Origin: an uncultured Solirubrobacteraceae bacterium
GTDB taxonomy: Bacteria > Actinomycetota > Thermoleophilia > Solirubrobacterales > Solirubrobacteraceae
Direction of reading: 5' to 3'
Length of the DNA stretch: 64,000 nt
Assembly (NCBI GenBank): GCA_963735705.1
Contig: CAVTLZ010000002.1
Coordinates: 14,455 to 78,454 of the forward strand
Shown: positions 19,939-31,330 of the stretch, piece by piece
How the letters are laid out: each line of letters opens with the position of its first letter
Numbering within the stretch: position 1 is the stretch's first letter
Made by a program: the position numbers and the translations under genes
The notes under the pieces: model-generated
Told to the model about the DNA's origin: nothing
What the model saw: the letters and a program-made list of their open reading frames with translations, nothing else
Databases searched by the model: none

Positions 19939-20592
19939 ATGCTCCCCCTGGCATATTTCGGAATCGAAAGCAGTGGCTTGAATCTGGCCGTGGATCTGCT
20001 GATTCTGTTCGTCGTCGTCCTGTACCTGTCTCTGATCTACTGGACATACGCCGACGCGCGGCGGAGGATCCTCGATCCGATGCTCGTCGCGTGCGCCACG
20101 GCGGCCTCGCTGTTCCCGTTCGTAGGCACGATCATCTACATGATCCTGCGCCCGCCGGAGTACCTGGAGGACGTGCGCGAGCGGGAGTTGGAGACCCAGG
20201 CGGCCGAGGCGCGCCTGCAGCAGCTGGACCAAGCGCTGTGCCCGCACTGCAGCTACCGGGTGGAGCGTGACTTCATCCGCTGTCCCAGCTGCCTGCGCAA
20301 GCTCAAGGAGCGCTGCACGAGCTGCTCGCGTCCGCTCGACCAGGCGTGGACGATCTGCCCGTACTGCGAGGCGGACGTCCCGGGCCTGTCGGCGCCGCGA
20401 TCGCGTCGCCGTCGCAGCGCCCCCGCGCTCGAGAGCGATGTGACCGAGCTCAGCCCGCCGCCGCCGGCTTCCTCCGAGGAGGCCGAGGCGGAGCCCGCGG
20501 AGACCGTGGTGGCCTCCGAGCCGGCGGCCGCCAGGCCACGCAGCTCCTCCCGTGCGAACCGTCCCGGCGGTCGCGCACGCCCCAGCACCTGA
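19939..20592 (+). CDS. Membrane protein with double zinc ribbon
   Basis: Two TM helices, then CPHC/CPSC/CTSC/CPYC; low-complexity tail. Confidence 0.85.
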   Translation: MLPLAYFGIESSGLNLAVDLLILFVVVLYLSLIYWTYADARRRILDPMLVACATAASLFPFVGTIIYMILRPPEYLEDVRERELETQAAEARLQQLDQALCPHCSYRVERDFIRCPSCLRKLKERCTSCSRPLDQAWTICPYCEADVPGLSAPRSRRRRSAPALESDVTELSPPPPASSEEAEAEPAETVVASEPAAARPRSSSRANRPGGRARPST

Positions 20593-20644
20593 TCTGCACG
20601 CCCGCAAAGCGAGCGGCACCCTTCCAGACCGACCAAAGGAACCC

Positions 20645-21049
20645 ATGGACCGAACGCTGATCCTTGTAAAGCCCGACGCCTTCGCACGCGGCCTGAGCGG
20701 CGAGATCATCGCCCGCTTCGAGCGCAAGGGCCTGCGCATCGTCGCGCTGCGGCACATGACCGTCACGCGCGATCTGGCCGAGCGCCATTACGCCGAGCAC
20801 GCCGAGCGGCCGTTCTTCGGCGAGCTCGTCGACTTCATCACCTCTGGCCCGATCCTCGCGATGGTGCTGGAGGGGAGCGAAGCGGTCAAGGCCGCGCGAC
20901 AGCTGATCGGCGCGACCAACCCGCTCGAGGCGGCGCCCGGCAGCATTCGCGGGGACTTCGCGATCGAGATGGGAACCAACATGGTGCACGGCTCCGATTC
21001 GCCGGAGTCCGCCGCGCGCGAGGCCGCCCTGTTCTTCGAGGACCTGTAG
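20645..21049 (+). CDS. ndk: Nucleoside-diphosphate kinase
   Basis: [26 protein letters not shown]. Confidence 0.98.
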   Translation: MDRTLILVKPDAFARGLSGEIIARFERKGLRIVALRHMTVTRDLAERHYAEHAERPFFGELVDFITSGPILAMVLEGSEAVKAARQLIGATNPLEAAPGSIRGDFAIEMGTNMVHGSDSPESAAREAALFFEDL

Positions 21050-21064
21050 TCCTCGACCCTGACA

Positions 21065-21640
21065 GTGGCAGCCGCTCCCGTGCCGCTCTCGCTCGTCCTC
21101 GCCTCGGGCTCGCCGCAGCGGCGGGTACTGCTCGAACGGCTGGGCGTGCCGTTCACGGTCAGGGTTTCCGACGCGGACGAGCTCGAGCAGGGGCCCGACC
21201 CCGCGCGGGTGGCGGTCGAGAACGCCCTGCGCAAGGCGCGCGCGGTGCGCCGCGCGGGCGCACCGGAGGCGGTGCTCGGCTGCGACACGATCGTGGTGCT
21301 CGACGGCGTGATCTACGGCAAGCCGCCCGACGCGGCCGCCGCGCGCGAGACGCTCATGGCGCTCGGCGGTCGCACGCACGAGGTGCTCAGCGGGCTGGCG
21401 CTGCTGCTCCCCGATGAAGAGCGAACCGCCGTCGCGCGCACGCGGGTGACCTTCCGCGAGCTCGAGCGCGAGCTGCTCGACTGGTACGTGGGCACGGAGG
21501 AGTGGCGGGGGCGCTCGGGCGGCTACGCGATCCAGGGCGCGGGCTCGAAGCTCGCGCTGGCGCTCGACGGCGAAGCGGAGAACGTCGTCGGTCTGCCGCT
21601 CGCGACGCTGCTCGAGATCTACCCCGAGCTGCAGCCGTAG
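21065..21640 (+). CDS. maf: Maf family nucleotide pyrophosphatase
   Basis: LASGSPQRR, GCDTIV, YGKP, GGYAIQG, NVVGLP; directly upstream of mreBCD. Confidence 0.93.
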   Translation: MAAAPVPLSLVLASGSPQRRVLLERLGVPFTVRVSDADELEQGPDPARVAVENALRKARAVRRAGAPEAVLGCDTIVVLDGVIYGKPPDAAAARETLMALGGRTHEVLSGLALLLPDEERTAVARTRVTFRELERELLDWYVGTEEWRGRSGGYAIQGAGSKLALALDGEAENVVGLPLATLLEIYPELQP

Positions 21641-22834
<1,194 letters not shown>

Positions 22835-22901
22835 CTGGGTGCGACGACCCGCCTGTTGCCTGGGTACTCTGTCGAGCTAACGCTTCGGAAGGTAGTCATC
22901 G

Positions 22902-23843
22902 GTGCCCGATAAGACGGTCCGGCGTCGACGAGCGCTCCTCGGGCTGCTCGTCGTGCTCTCCCTGCTGCTGCTGACGGCCTACTTCGGTGAGGCCCCCAAC
23001 GGTCGCCTGCACGCGGTGCAGCGCGACTTCCTGACGGTCGTCTCGCCGCTGCAGGACGGCGCGAACAAGGCCCTGAAGCCCGTGCGCGACCTGTTCGACT
23101 GGTTCGGCAACGCGCTGCACGCCAAAAGCCAGCTGGCGCAGTCGCTCAAGCAGACCGAGCAGCTGCGCCGCCAGCTGGTCGCCGACCAGGCCGAAAAACG
23201 GACCGAGCATCAGCTGATCGCGCTGTACCACCTCGATCAGCTCGGCGTGAACGACTACCGTCCGGTGACCGCCGAAGTCGTGTACAACGCCCCGAACATC
23301 TGGTACTCGACGGTCACGATCGACAAGGGCGAATCGGCGGGGGTGCGAGTCAACGACCCCGTGATCGACGGCGAAGGCCTCGTCGGCAAGGTGGCTCAGG
23401 TGGCATCCGATGGCGCCCTCGTCGACCTCATCACGGACAGCTCGATGGGCGTAACGGCGAGGATCGGCACGAGCAATGCCACAGGGCTCCTGCAGCCCAA
23501 AGTGGGCGAACCCGGCGATCTGCAGCTGCTGTACCTGCCCGCCAACCAGGCCAACGTCGGCGAATACGTCGTCACCGCCGGCACGGTGGCGCCTCCACCG
23601 TACGGATCGCTGTACCCGCCGGGGCTGCTGATCGGAAAGGTCAGCTCGGTCAACGAAGAAAGCGCGTACGAGTCGGTCACCGTGCGCCCGTTCGCCAACC
23701 TGCACGACCTCGGCATCGTCCAGGTGCTCACCTCCGGGGCGGGGACGCGTCCGTCGAACCTCAGCCAGCTCGCCGCCAGCCTGCCGGCGGGACAGAGCGC
23801 CCCCAGCGGCGAACAGCTCGCCTCCACGCAGGTGGGCGGATGA
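22902..23843 (+). CDS. mreC: Rod shape-determining protein MreC
   Basis: N-terminal TM, coiled coil, TIDKG...GV...PVI..GLVGKV, LITD, P.GL.IG.V; operon position. Confidence 0.93.
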   Translation: MPDKTVRRRRALLGLLVVLSLLLLTAYFGEAPNGRLHAVQRDFLTVVSPLQDGANKALKPVRDLFDWFGNALHAKSQLAQSLKQTEQLRRQLVADQAEKRTEHQLIALYHLDQLGVNDYRPVTAEVVYNAPNIWYSTVTIDKGESAGVRVNDPVIDGEGLVGKVAQVASDGALVDLITDSSMGVTARIGTSNATGLLQPKVGEPGDLQLLYLPANQANVGEYVVTAGTVAPPPYGSLYPPGLLIGKVSSVNEESAYESVTVRPFANLHDLGIVQVLTSGAGTRPSNLSQLAASLPAGQSAPSGEQLASTQVGG

Positions 23844-24415
23844 ACGGCGCCGCGTCCAGCTCGCTGGCACTGCGCCTGGCCGTCTTCGCGCTGATCGTCG
23901 TGTTCTTCCAGGTAGCGGTCGTCTCAGAGCTGCCCGTGTTCGGCGTAAACGCCGACCTGGCCTCGTTGCTGGTCGCGTTTGTCGGGCTGATGTGCGGCTC
24001 CAGCGTCGGCGCCGCCTGTGGCTTCGCAGTCGGCCTGTTCGTCGACCTGGCGCTCTTGCAGACGCTCGGGTTGACCTCGCTGATCCTCACGCTGATCGGC
24101 TACTGGTGCGGACGGTTGCGCGAGCTGCGCGACCCGCAGGCGGCGCTCACGCCGCTGATCGTCGGCGCCGTCGCCTCCGCCGTCTCGCTCGTCGGCTACT
24201 CGCTGATGGAGTTCATGCTCGGCGTCGACGCCCCCGTCAGCTTCGAGCTGCTGCGCCAGATCGTGCTCGGGGTCCTCGTCAACACGATCGTCGCGCTGCC
24301 GATGTGGGCGCTGACGCGCCGCGCGCTCGAGGGCGCGCTGCCCGAGGATGCCCGGCGCCGACGCCGGCGGCGCTCCTACACGACTGGCGGCTTGAGCCCC
24401 TTGATCAAACCGTGA
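23840..24415 (+). CDS. mreD: Rod shape-determining protein MreD
   Basis: Five TM helices, GFAVGLFVDL, G..SL; between mreC and mrdA. Confidence 0.9.
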   Translation: MNGAASSSLALRLAVFALIVVFFQVAVVSELPVFGVNADLASLLVAFVGLMCGSSVGAACGFAVGLFVDLALLQTLGLTSLILTLIGYWCGRLRELRDPQAALTPLIVGAVASAVSLVGYSLMEFMLGVDAPVSFELLRQIVLGVLVNTIVALPMWALTRRALEGALPEDARRRRRRRSYTTGGLSPLIKP

Positions 24416-24440
24416 CCCTCCAGATACGCATGGCGGGAAC

Positions 24441-26630
24441 ATGAGCTCGATCGAGCCGGTTCGGCCGCGCGATCCGCGCGTACCGGTTTCGCCGCAGCTG
24501 GCGTTGCGCGTGGCGATCATCGGCGGCGTGGTGATGGTGATGTTCGGCGTGATCTTCTTCCGCCTCTGGTTCCTGCAGGTTCTCTCGAGCGAACAGTACG
24601 TCCAGCAGGCCGACAACAACGGCGCACGCCATCTGCCGATCGCGGCGCCGCGCGGGCAGATCCTCGACCGCGAAGGCCAGGCGATCGTGGGCAGTGCCGT
24701 CACCAACGCCGTGCAGATCGTGCCGGACGAGCTGCCCCCCGGGATCTCCTCGCAGGTGGCCGAATACCAGACGAGCCTCGCCACCGCAGAATCCGCGCGC
24801 CAGGTTGCGGTCAAGCAGCTCTCCGGCTACGAGGCCGCGCTGGGGGGCGTGCGACGCAAGACGCACGCGCAGCGGCAGGAGCTCGAACGACTGCAGCGGG
24901 AGACCGGCCCGCCACAGGTGGCGGTGCCGGCGCTGGCGCGCTCGGCCGTCGGCCTGCGGGCGCTGTTCAGGCGCCTCAGCCGCGTGATCAAGCTCAGCCC
25001 CCGCACGATCGACGAAGACGTCGTCGAGGGCATCACCGCGACGCCCTACGCCCCTGTGACCATCAAGACCGATGCCGGGCGCGGCCCGCTGACGGTGCTC
25101 GGCGAGCGCGCCAGCGAATTCCCCGGGGTCGTGCAGGAACCCGTCTCGATCCGCGAATACCCCGACGGCGAGATGGCGGCGCAGATCCTCGGCTACGTCG
25201 GGTCGATCAACACGACCGAGTTGAAGTCGCCCGCGTTTCGCGGCGTGGAACAGGGGACGATCATCGGCCAGGCGGGCCTGGAGTACTACTACGACCATTA
25301 CCTCAGCGGCGTGCCCGGCGTGCGCCGCATCGCGGTCAACGCCGAAGGTCAGCCGATCCCCAGCAAACTCACGCCGACCCCGCCGCGCGCAGGGCACGTC
25401 CTGCAGACGACGCTCGACCTCGGACTGCAGAAGGCGAGCGAAAAGGCGCTGCTGGAAGGCATGGAACACGCGCGTGCCGGCGGCAAACCGGCGATCGCCG
25501 GCGGTTTCGTGGCGCTCGACCCGCGCAACGGCGAAGTGCTCGCGATGGGCTCCTATCCGAGCTTCGACCCGAACAAGTTCGCCAAACCGCTCACCAAAGC
25601 CGAATACGAAAGGCTGACCGGCCGCACCGGCAACGAACCCGGACGCCTGACAGACCTTGCCGACGAAGGCGAATACCCGACGGGCTCGACGTTCAAGCCG
25701 ATCACCGCGATGGCGGCGCTCGAAGCCGGCGTCATCAACCCCACGGAGGGTCTCGGCGCGGGGGAATGCATCTACGTCTCGACCGAGAAGTTCTGCAACG
25801 CCGGGCTCGCCAACTACGGGGCGGTGGGGCTCGTCGAAGCGCTGAAGGTCTCCTCCGACACGTACTTCTTCACCGTCGGCAAGCTGGCCAACGAACACGG
25901 CGGGGAAATCATCCAGAAGAAGGCCAAAGAACTCGGGGTGGGGGAGCCGACCGGGATCGACCTGCCGAGCGAGTTCCCAGGCGTGGTGCCGAGCCGCAGG
26001 TGGCTGGCAGAACAGAACGCGCTCGAAGCCAAGTGCCAGCACGAACATCACGGCCAGCCCTGCTACATCGTCGCCGAACCCGGGGCGCCGTGGACCGTCG
26101 GCTACAACATGGACCTGGCGGTCGGGCAGGGGGATCTGCTGACCGACCCGCTGCAGATGGCCGTCGCCTACTCGACACTCGCCAACGCCTACCGCAACGG
26201 CGGCAACGGCACCGTCGTGACCCCGCACCTCGGCAAGCAGATCGACGAAGCCAACCACAACCTCGTGCAGACGCTGAGCTTCCCCAGCCGCCACGTGCAT
26301 CTCAACTACGAAGACCTGAGCCTGGTGATGCAGGGGATCCACGAGGCCGCCAGCGCGCAGGGCGGCACCTCGACGCCGGTGTGGGCAGGCTGGAACCAGG
26401 AAGAAGACCCGGTGTATGGGAAGACCGGGACCGCCGAACGCACGGGACACGTGGAACAGTCCTGGTACATGTGCTACGTCGGCAACCAGCAGCGCCCGAT
26501 CGTGATCGCCGTGACCGTCGAGGAAGGCGGCTTCGGCGCTGAAACGGCCGCGCCGATCGCGCGCCTGATCGCCTCGCAGTGGTACGGCAAGCCGAAGAAG
26601 TTCGTCGCCGGGAGCTCGCAAACGCGTTGA
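24441..26630 (+). CDS. mrdA: Penicillin-binding protein 2 (class B transpeptidase)
   Basis: RLWFLQV, APRGQILDR, STFK (SxxK), SSD (SxN variant), KTGT. Confidence 0.96.
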   Translation: MSSIEPVRPRDPRVPVSPQLALRVAIIGGVVMVMFGVIFFRLWFLQVLSSEQYVQQADNNGARHLPIAAPRGQILDREGQAIVGSAVTNAVQIVPDELPPGISSQVAEYQTSLATAESARQVAVKQLSGYEAALGGVRRKTHAQRQELERLQRETGPPQVAVPALARSAVGLRALFRRLSRVIKLSPRTIDEDVVEGITATPYAPVTIKTDAGRGPLTVLGERASEFPGVVQEPVSIREYPDGEMAAQILGYVGSINTTELKSPAFRGVEQGTIIGQAGLEYYYDHYLSGVPGVRRIAVNAEGQPIPSKLTPTPPRAGHVLQTTLDLGLQKASEKALLEGMEHARAGGKPAIAGGFVALDPRNGEVLAMGSYPSFDPNKFAKPLTKAEYERLTGRTGNEPGRLTDLADEGEYPTGSTFKPITAMAALEAGVINPTEGLGAGECIYVSTEKFCNAGLANYGAVGLVEALKVSSDTYFFTVGKLANEHGGEIIQKKAKELGVGEPTGIDLPSEFPGVVPSRRWLAEQNALEAKCQHEHHGQPCYIVAEPGAPWTVGYNMDLAVGQGDLLTDPLQMAVAYSTLANAYRNGGNGTVVTPHLGKQIDEANHNLVQTLSFPSRHVHLNYEDLSLVMQGIHEAASAQGGTSTPVWAGWNQEEDPVYGKTGTAERTGHVEQSWYMCYVGNQQRPIVIAVTVEEGGFGAETAAPIARLIASQWYGKPKKFVAGSSQTR

Positions 26631-27862
26631 GCCCGCTCAGCCCGATCAAGCCCAGCGAAGAGGTCCCCGCGGCGCCGCCGCGCGCGCTGCGCCTGCCGCT
26701 CGACCCGCTGCTCACGCTCGCGATCATCGGGCTCGGCATCTGCTCGATCGTCACGCTCAACGCGGCCACGCGCAACCTGGTCAAAGGCGACCCGCACTAC
26801 TACGTCGACCGCCAGGCGATCTACCTGACCATTGGCTTCGTGGCGATGCTCGGCATCTCGCGGCTGGACTACGCGCGCCTGCGCCGCTACAAGAACGTGC
26901 TCTACGGGGCGCTGCTCTTCAGCATTCTCGCGGTGCTCGGCCTCGGCCACTCGGCCAACGGCTCGCAGCGCGCGATCAACTTTCCGCTGTTCTCCTTCCA
27001 GGCCTCCGAGGTGGGCAAGATCCTGCTGATCCTCGCGCTCTCCGCGTTCATCGTCGACCGCTCGCGACGGCTGCGCGAGCGCGACACGACCGTGCGCGTG
27101 CTGATCGCGGCGCTCGTGCCGACGATGTTCGTGATCGCCCAGCCCGACCTCGGCTCGGGCCTGGTGTACATGACGATCGCCTGCATGCTGCTGTTCGTCG
27201 CCGGCACCTCCTGGCGCCACCTCGCCGGGCTCGCTGCGCTCGTGTGCGTGTCGATCGCGTTCGTGCTCGCCGCCGGGCCCGCGATCGGCGTGCACGTGCT
27301 CAAGTCCTACCAGGTCGAACGACTGACGGCCTTCCTGCATCCGACGAGCTCGCAGAAGGAAGCCGAAGCCAAGGAACGCGAAACGAAAGCAGGGGTGCCC
27401 GACCCCACGTATCAGCAACAGGAGTCGAAGATCGCGATCGGCTCCGGCGGCAAGACCGGCCGCGGCGCGAACGCCAGCCAGGTTCCCTACGGCTTCGTCC
27501 CCGAGAGCGACACCGACTTCGTGTTCGCGGCGCTCGGCGAAAGGTACGGCTTCGTCGGCGCGGGGCTGGTGCTGCTGCTGTATGCGTTGCTCATCTCGCG
27601 CACGCTGCGCGTGCTGGTGATGGCCAAGGACCTGTTCGGCTCACTGATCGCCGCCGGCATAGCAGCTATGCTCATATTCCAGGTCTTTGTCAACGTAGGG
27701 ATGACTATTGGGATCATGCCAATCACCGGCGTCACGCTTCCGCTCATGAGCTATGGCGGCTCGTCGGTCATCGCCACCCTGCTGGGCATCGGCCTGTTGC
27801 AATCGATCTACGTCCAGGCGCGCACCTCAGCAGCGCTGAAGGGTCGCGTACCGCGCTACTAG
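26627..27862 (+). CDS. rodA: Rod shape-determining protein RodA (SEDS)
   Basis: FQASEVGK, QPDLG, IAIGSGG, PESDTDFVFA, NVGMTIGIMPITGVTLPLMSYGGS; TTG start overlaps the mrdA stop. Confidence 0.95.
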   Translation: MSPLSPIKPSEEVPAAPPRALRLPLDPLLTLAIIGLGICSIVTLNAATRNLVKGDPHYYVDRQAIYLTIGFVAMLGISRLDYARLRRYKNVLYGALLFSILAVLGLGHSANGSQRAINFPLFSFQASEVGKILLILALSAFIVDRSRRLRERDTTVRVLIAALVPTMFVIAQPDLGSGLVYMTIACMLLFVAGTSWRHLAGLAALVCVSIAFVLAAGPAIGVHVLKSYQVERLTAFLHPTSSQKEAEAKERETKAGVPDPTYQQQESKIAIGSGGKTGRGANASQVPYGFVPESDTDFVFAALGERYGFVGAGLVLLLYALLISRTLRVLVMAKDLFGSLIAAGIAAMLIFQVFVNVGMTIGIMPITGVTLPLMSYGGSSVIATLLGIGLLQSIYVQARTSAALKGRVPRY

Positions 27863-28015
27863 ACGTCATGTTCGCCGAGCATCCCTCATCAGACCCCCAG
27901 CGCCACTTCGCGCGGGGTGCATCCAAGCTGGCGCACCGGGTACGTGCAGGCTCGCCGACCCGGCGCCCCTCCGCCCGATGCTCGGCCCTCTTCCATACCG
28001 AAAGACTGGATCAAA

Positions 28016-30193
28016 TTGAAAAAGCAAGTGCTTGTCAGCGTCGACCGCGCGGAGACGCGCGTGGCGCTTCTGGAGGCGAGTGGAACCCCCGCCGCCTCGC
28101 GTTCCTCCTCCGCCGCCCGCAAAGCGGCCAGCAGCCGCAAGCGCGGCGGGGGGCCGGAGGCCGGCTACCGCGTCGCTGAGCTCTACATAGAGCGCCGCGG
28201 CGGTCGCTCGATCGTCGGCAACATCTACAAGGGCAAGGTCGACAACGTCCTGCCCGGCCTGGAGGCCGCGTTCGTTGACATCGGCCTCGAGAAGAACGGC
28301 TTCCTGCACGTCGACGAGATCGTCCTGCCGGGCGTCGAGACGCCCAAGCGCGGGCGCGGTGGAGGCGGAGGGCGCAAGATCGCCGACCTGCTCAAACCCG
28401 GCCAGGAGATCGTCGTGCAGGTCGTCAAGGACCCACTGAAGACGAAGGGCGCGCGCCTTTCGATGGAGCTGACGATCGCCGGGCGCTACATGGTCTACGC
28501 GCCCACCGGCGAGGGCGTCGGCGTCTCCCGCCGCCTGGAGGACAAAGAGCGCGAACGCCTGCGCCGCCAGACCTCCAACCTGCAGACCGACGGCGGTGGC
28601 GTGATCATCCGCACAGCCGCCCACGGCGCCAAGCGCGAGGACTTCGAACGCGAGCTCAAGTACCTGCACAAGCTGCACGAGGTGCTCGTCAAACGCGTCG
28701 AGGACACGGTCGCCCCCGATCTCGTCTTCCAGGAGGCCGACCTGTCCGTGCGCGTCGTGCGCGACATCTTCTCCGCGCACTTCGAGCGTGCGATCGTCGA
28801 TGACGAGCAGCAGTACCACCGGCTGGTGTCGTTCTTCACGCGCACCGCGCCCGAGCTGGTCGAGCGCGTCGAGCTGTGGCAGGAGCAGGAGCCGCTGTTC
28901 GAGGCATACCGCGTGGACAAAGCGATCGAAGGCGTGCTCTCGCGGCGCGTCGACCTGCCCAGCGGCGGCTACCTGATCATCGACTACGCCGAGGCGCTGA
29001 CGGTGATCGACGTCAACTCCGGCAGCTTCATCGGCCGCGGCAAGGGCGCCGGCCTGGAGGACACGATCACCAAGACCAACCTCGAGGCCGCCGAGGAGGT
29101 CGTCAACCAGCTGCGGTTGCGGGACATCGGCGGCATCATCGTGATCGACTTCATCGACATGGCGCGCGCGCGCAACCGCGACGCGGTCATGAAGACGCTG
29201 CGCAAGACGCTCGACGAGGACCGCACGAAGACGTTCACCGCCGAGATCTCAAAGCTCGGCCTCGTCGAGATGACTCGCCAGAACGTCACCGAGGGCGTGC
29301 GCGAGATCATGAGCCGTCCGTGCCCGACCTGCGAGGGCGAGGGCGTGATCCGCTCCGAGGAGACGTTCGCGATCGACTTCGAGCGCAGGCTGCGCGACGT
29401 CGCAGCCGAACACCCGGAGGCGGAGGCGTTCCTGGTCCAGATCAACCCGCGCGTTAGCACCCAGTTCACCGGCCACGGCTCGCGGGTCCTGCATGCGCTG
29501 GAGGCGCAGACCGGCAAGTCGTTCCTGTTCGAGGGCTCCGAAGGCCTCACGCTGGATCACTTCGCGATCACCTTCATGGGCACGCGCGAGGAGGTCGAGG
29601 AGCGCGCGCTGCCCTTCCGCCAGGGCGATGAGGTGCTCGTGGAGATCGTCGAGCCGCACATGTACGACGTCGACGACGCCGTCGCGAAAATCGACGGCTA
29701 CATCATCTCCATCGCAGGCGCCTCGCCGTATGTGGGCGAGAAGCGCATGGTGCGCATCGACCAGGTCGGCCGCACCGCCGCGAGCGCCCTGCTGCTGGAC
29801 GAGTCGGGCGAGGTCGTCACGCCGCCCGTACGCGCCGTCGACACCCGCTCGGGTGGGCGCGGCAAACGTCGCTCCACGGCGGCCGGCGGCGCCGGCCGCG
29901 GCGCCTCCGAGCCGGCCGAGCCGCGTGGGCGCAGGCGCCGGGCTCCCGTCGAAGGCGAGGACGCCGAGGCGCGCCGCGAAGCCGGCCTCAGCGAGTCGCC
30001 GACGACGATCGACACCGAGCCCGAGGAGGAGGCGGTGCTCGATCCGCTAGCGGTCACAGATGGCGCACAGGACGGCGCCGATGCGCCCGAGGGCGAGGCC
30101 GGCGAGGATGGCCTACAATCCAAACCTCGGCGTCGTGGCCGCAGGGGCGGACGGCGCCGTTCGGCTGCCAAGGCCAAGGCCACACCCGAGTAG
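28016..30193 (+). CDS. rne: Rne/Rng family ribonuclease with TRAM-like and disordered C-terminal regions
   Basis: GNIYKGKVDNVLPGLEAAFVDIG (S1), IDVNSG, GGIIVIDFIDM, GLVEMTR, CPTC; Arg/acidic tail; TTG start at 28016. Confidence 0.93.
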   Translation: MKKQVLVSVDRAETRVALLEASGTPAASRSSSAARKAASSRKRGGGPEAGYRVAELYIERRGGRSIVGNIYKGKVDNVLPGLEAAFVDIGLEKNGFLHVDEIVLPGVETPKRGRGGGGGRKIADLLKPGQEIVVQVVKDPLKTKGARLSMELTIAGRYMVYAPTGEGVGVSRRLEDKERERLRRQTSNLQTDGGGVIIRTAAHGAKREDFERELKYLHKLHEVLVKRVEDTVAPDLVFQEADLSVRVVRDIFSAHFERAIVDDEQQYHRLVSFFTRTAPELVERVELWQEQEPLFEAYRVDKAIEGVLSRRVDLPSGGYLIIDYAEALTVIDVNSGSFIGRGKGAGLEDTITKTNLEAAEEVVNQLRLRDIGGIIVIDFIDMARARNRDAVMKTLRKTLDEDRTKTFTAEISKLGLVEMTRQNVTEGVREIMSRPCPTCEGEGVIRSEETFAIDFERRLRDVAAEHPEAEAFLVQINPRVSTQFTGHGSRVLHALEAQTGKSFLFEGSEGLTLDHFAITFMGTREEVEERALPFRQGDEVLVEIVEPHMYDVDDAVAKIDGYIISIAGASPYVGEKRMVRIDQVGRTAASALLLDESGEVVTPPVRAVDTRSGGRGKRRSTAAGGAGRGASEPAEPRGRRRRAPVEGEDAEARREAGLSESPTTIDTEPEEEAVLDPLAVTDGAQDGADAPEGEAGEDGLQSKPRRRGRRGGRRRSAAKAKATPE

Positions 30194-30265
30194 GCGAGGA
30201 CCCGCCGGCACGAGCCACGCGGGGGCGCGCTCTCACAAGCCACAGAAATCGAGACCCACACAGAC

Positions 30266-30667
30266 ATGTACGCGATCGTGAAGACAGGCGGCAAGCAGTA
30301 CCGCGTCGAGCGGGGCCAGACCCTGCTCGTCGAGCGCCTGCCCGCCGCCGAGGGCGCCGACGTGGCGCTCGAGCCGATGCTCTACCGCTCCGACGAGGCG
30401 GTCTTCGACGCGGCCGGTCTGGCCAACGTGAAGGTCACCGCCAAGGTGATCGAGCACGTGCGCGGCGAGAAGCTGCGCGTGTTCAAGTTCAAGCCCAAGC
30501 GCGGCTACAAACGGCGCACCGGGCACCGCCAGGAGCTGACGAAGATCGAGGTCACCGAGATCAGCGCCGGCGCCGCGAAAGCGGCCAAAGCGAGCAAAGC
30601 CAAACCGGCCGACGCTCCCAGCGAGGCGCCCAAGGCGAGCGAGGAGAAGACTTCAGATGGCTCATAA
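30266..30667 (+). CDS. rplU: 50S ribosomal protein L21 (Ala/Lys-rich tail)
   Basis: [28 protein letters not shown]. Confidence 0.98.
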   Translation: MYAIVKTGGKQYRVERGQTLLVERLPAAEGADVALEPMLYRSDEAVFDAAGLANVKVTAKVIEHVRGEKLRVFKFKPKRGYKRRTGHRQELTKIEVTEISAGAAKAAKASKAKPADAPSEAPKASEEKTSDGS

Positions 30668-30920
30668 GAAGGGGCTCGGCTCGAGCCGCAACGGTCGCGA
30701 CTCGAACGCCCAGCGCCTGGGTGTCAAGACGTTTGCCGGCGAGACCGTCACCGGCGGCGAGATCATCGTGCGACAGCGCGGCACCCGCTTCAAGCCAGGC
30801 GCGGGGGTCGGCATCGGCAAAGACGACACGCTGTACGCGCGCGCCGCCGGGACAGTGCAGTTCAGCAACGGCTGGCGCGGTCGCGTTGTCAGCGTGCTGC
30901 CCGCCGCCGATCAGGGCTGA
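30657..30920 (+). CDS. rpmA: 50S ribosomal protein L27
   Basis: [30 protein letters not shown]. Confidence 0.98.
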   Translation: MAHKKGLGSSRNGRDSNAQRLGVKTFAGETVTGGEIIVRQRGTRFKPGAGVGIGKDDTLYARAAGTVQFSNGWRGRVVSVLPAADQG

Positions 30921-30922
30921 GG

Positions 30923-31330
30923 ATGCGCCGCATAACGCCGCGGCAAGGTGCGCGGCTGCTGGCCGCGGGACGCGCCGCGCTGGGCGTGGCCGTGCTCGCG
31001 GCGCCCGAGCAGGTGACCGCTCGGTGGCTGGGGGAGAGCAACGCGGCGCTTCCCGTCGTCGGCGACCTCGCCCGCTCGCTCGGCGCCCGCGACCTGGCGC
31101 TCGGGATCGCCACCCTGCAGACACTCGAGGACCCGGTGATCGGGCCGCGGGTCCAGCTGGTGTGCGCGCTCGTGGACTCGGTGGACGTGCTTGCGACCGT
31201 CATCGCACGGGCGAGCCTGCCGCGCAAAGGGCTGTTCGGCACCGTGGCGATCGCGGGCGCCGCGGCCGGCGCCGGCTTCTACCTCGCGATCAGACAGGCT
31301 GGGCGGTCGGCCGGATCAGAATCTCGTTGA
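30923..31330 (+). CDS. Small membrane protein (DUF4267-like)
   Basis: GRAALG..LAAP, GARDLALG, D..D pattern and hydrophobic helices. Confidence 0.7.
   Translation: MRRITPRQGARLLAAGRAALGVAVLAAPEQVTARWLGESNAALPVVGDLARSLGARDLALGIATLQTLEDPVIGPRVQLVCALVDSVDVLATVIARASLPRKGLFGTVAIAGAAAGAGFYLAIRQAGRSAGSESR

Noticed and set aside
24441-26630. GAA reassigned to another amino acid
   Set aside because: Conserved Glu positions also use GAA (NGEVLAM, ALEAG and ASEKAL in PBP2; TGEV in MreB), so full reassignment is unlikely.
22902-26630. Horizontal transfer as the cause of GAA-rich mreC and mrdA
   Set aside because: They lie in an intact core operon and other codon families keep the host G/C endings.
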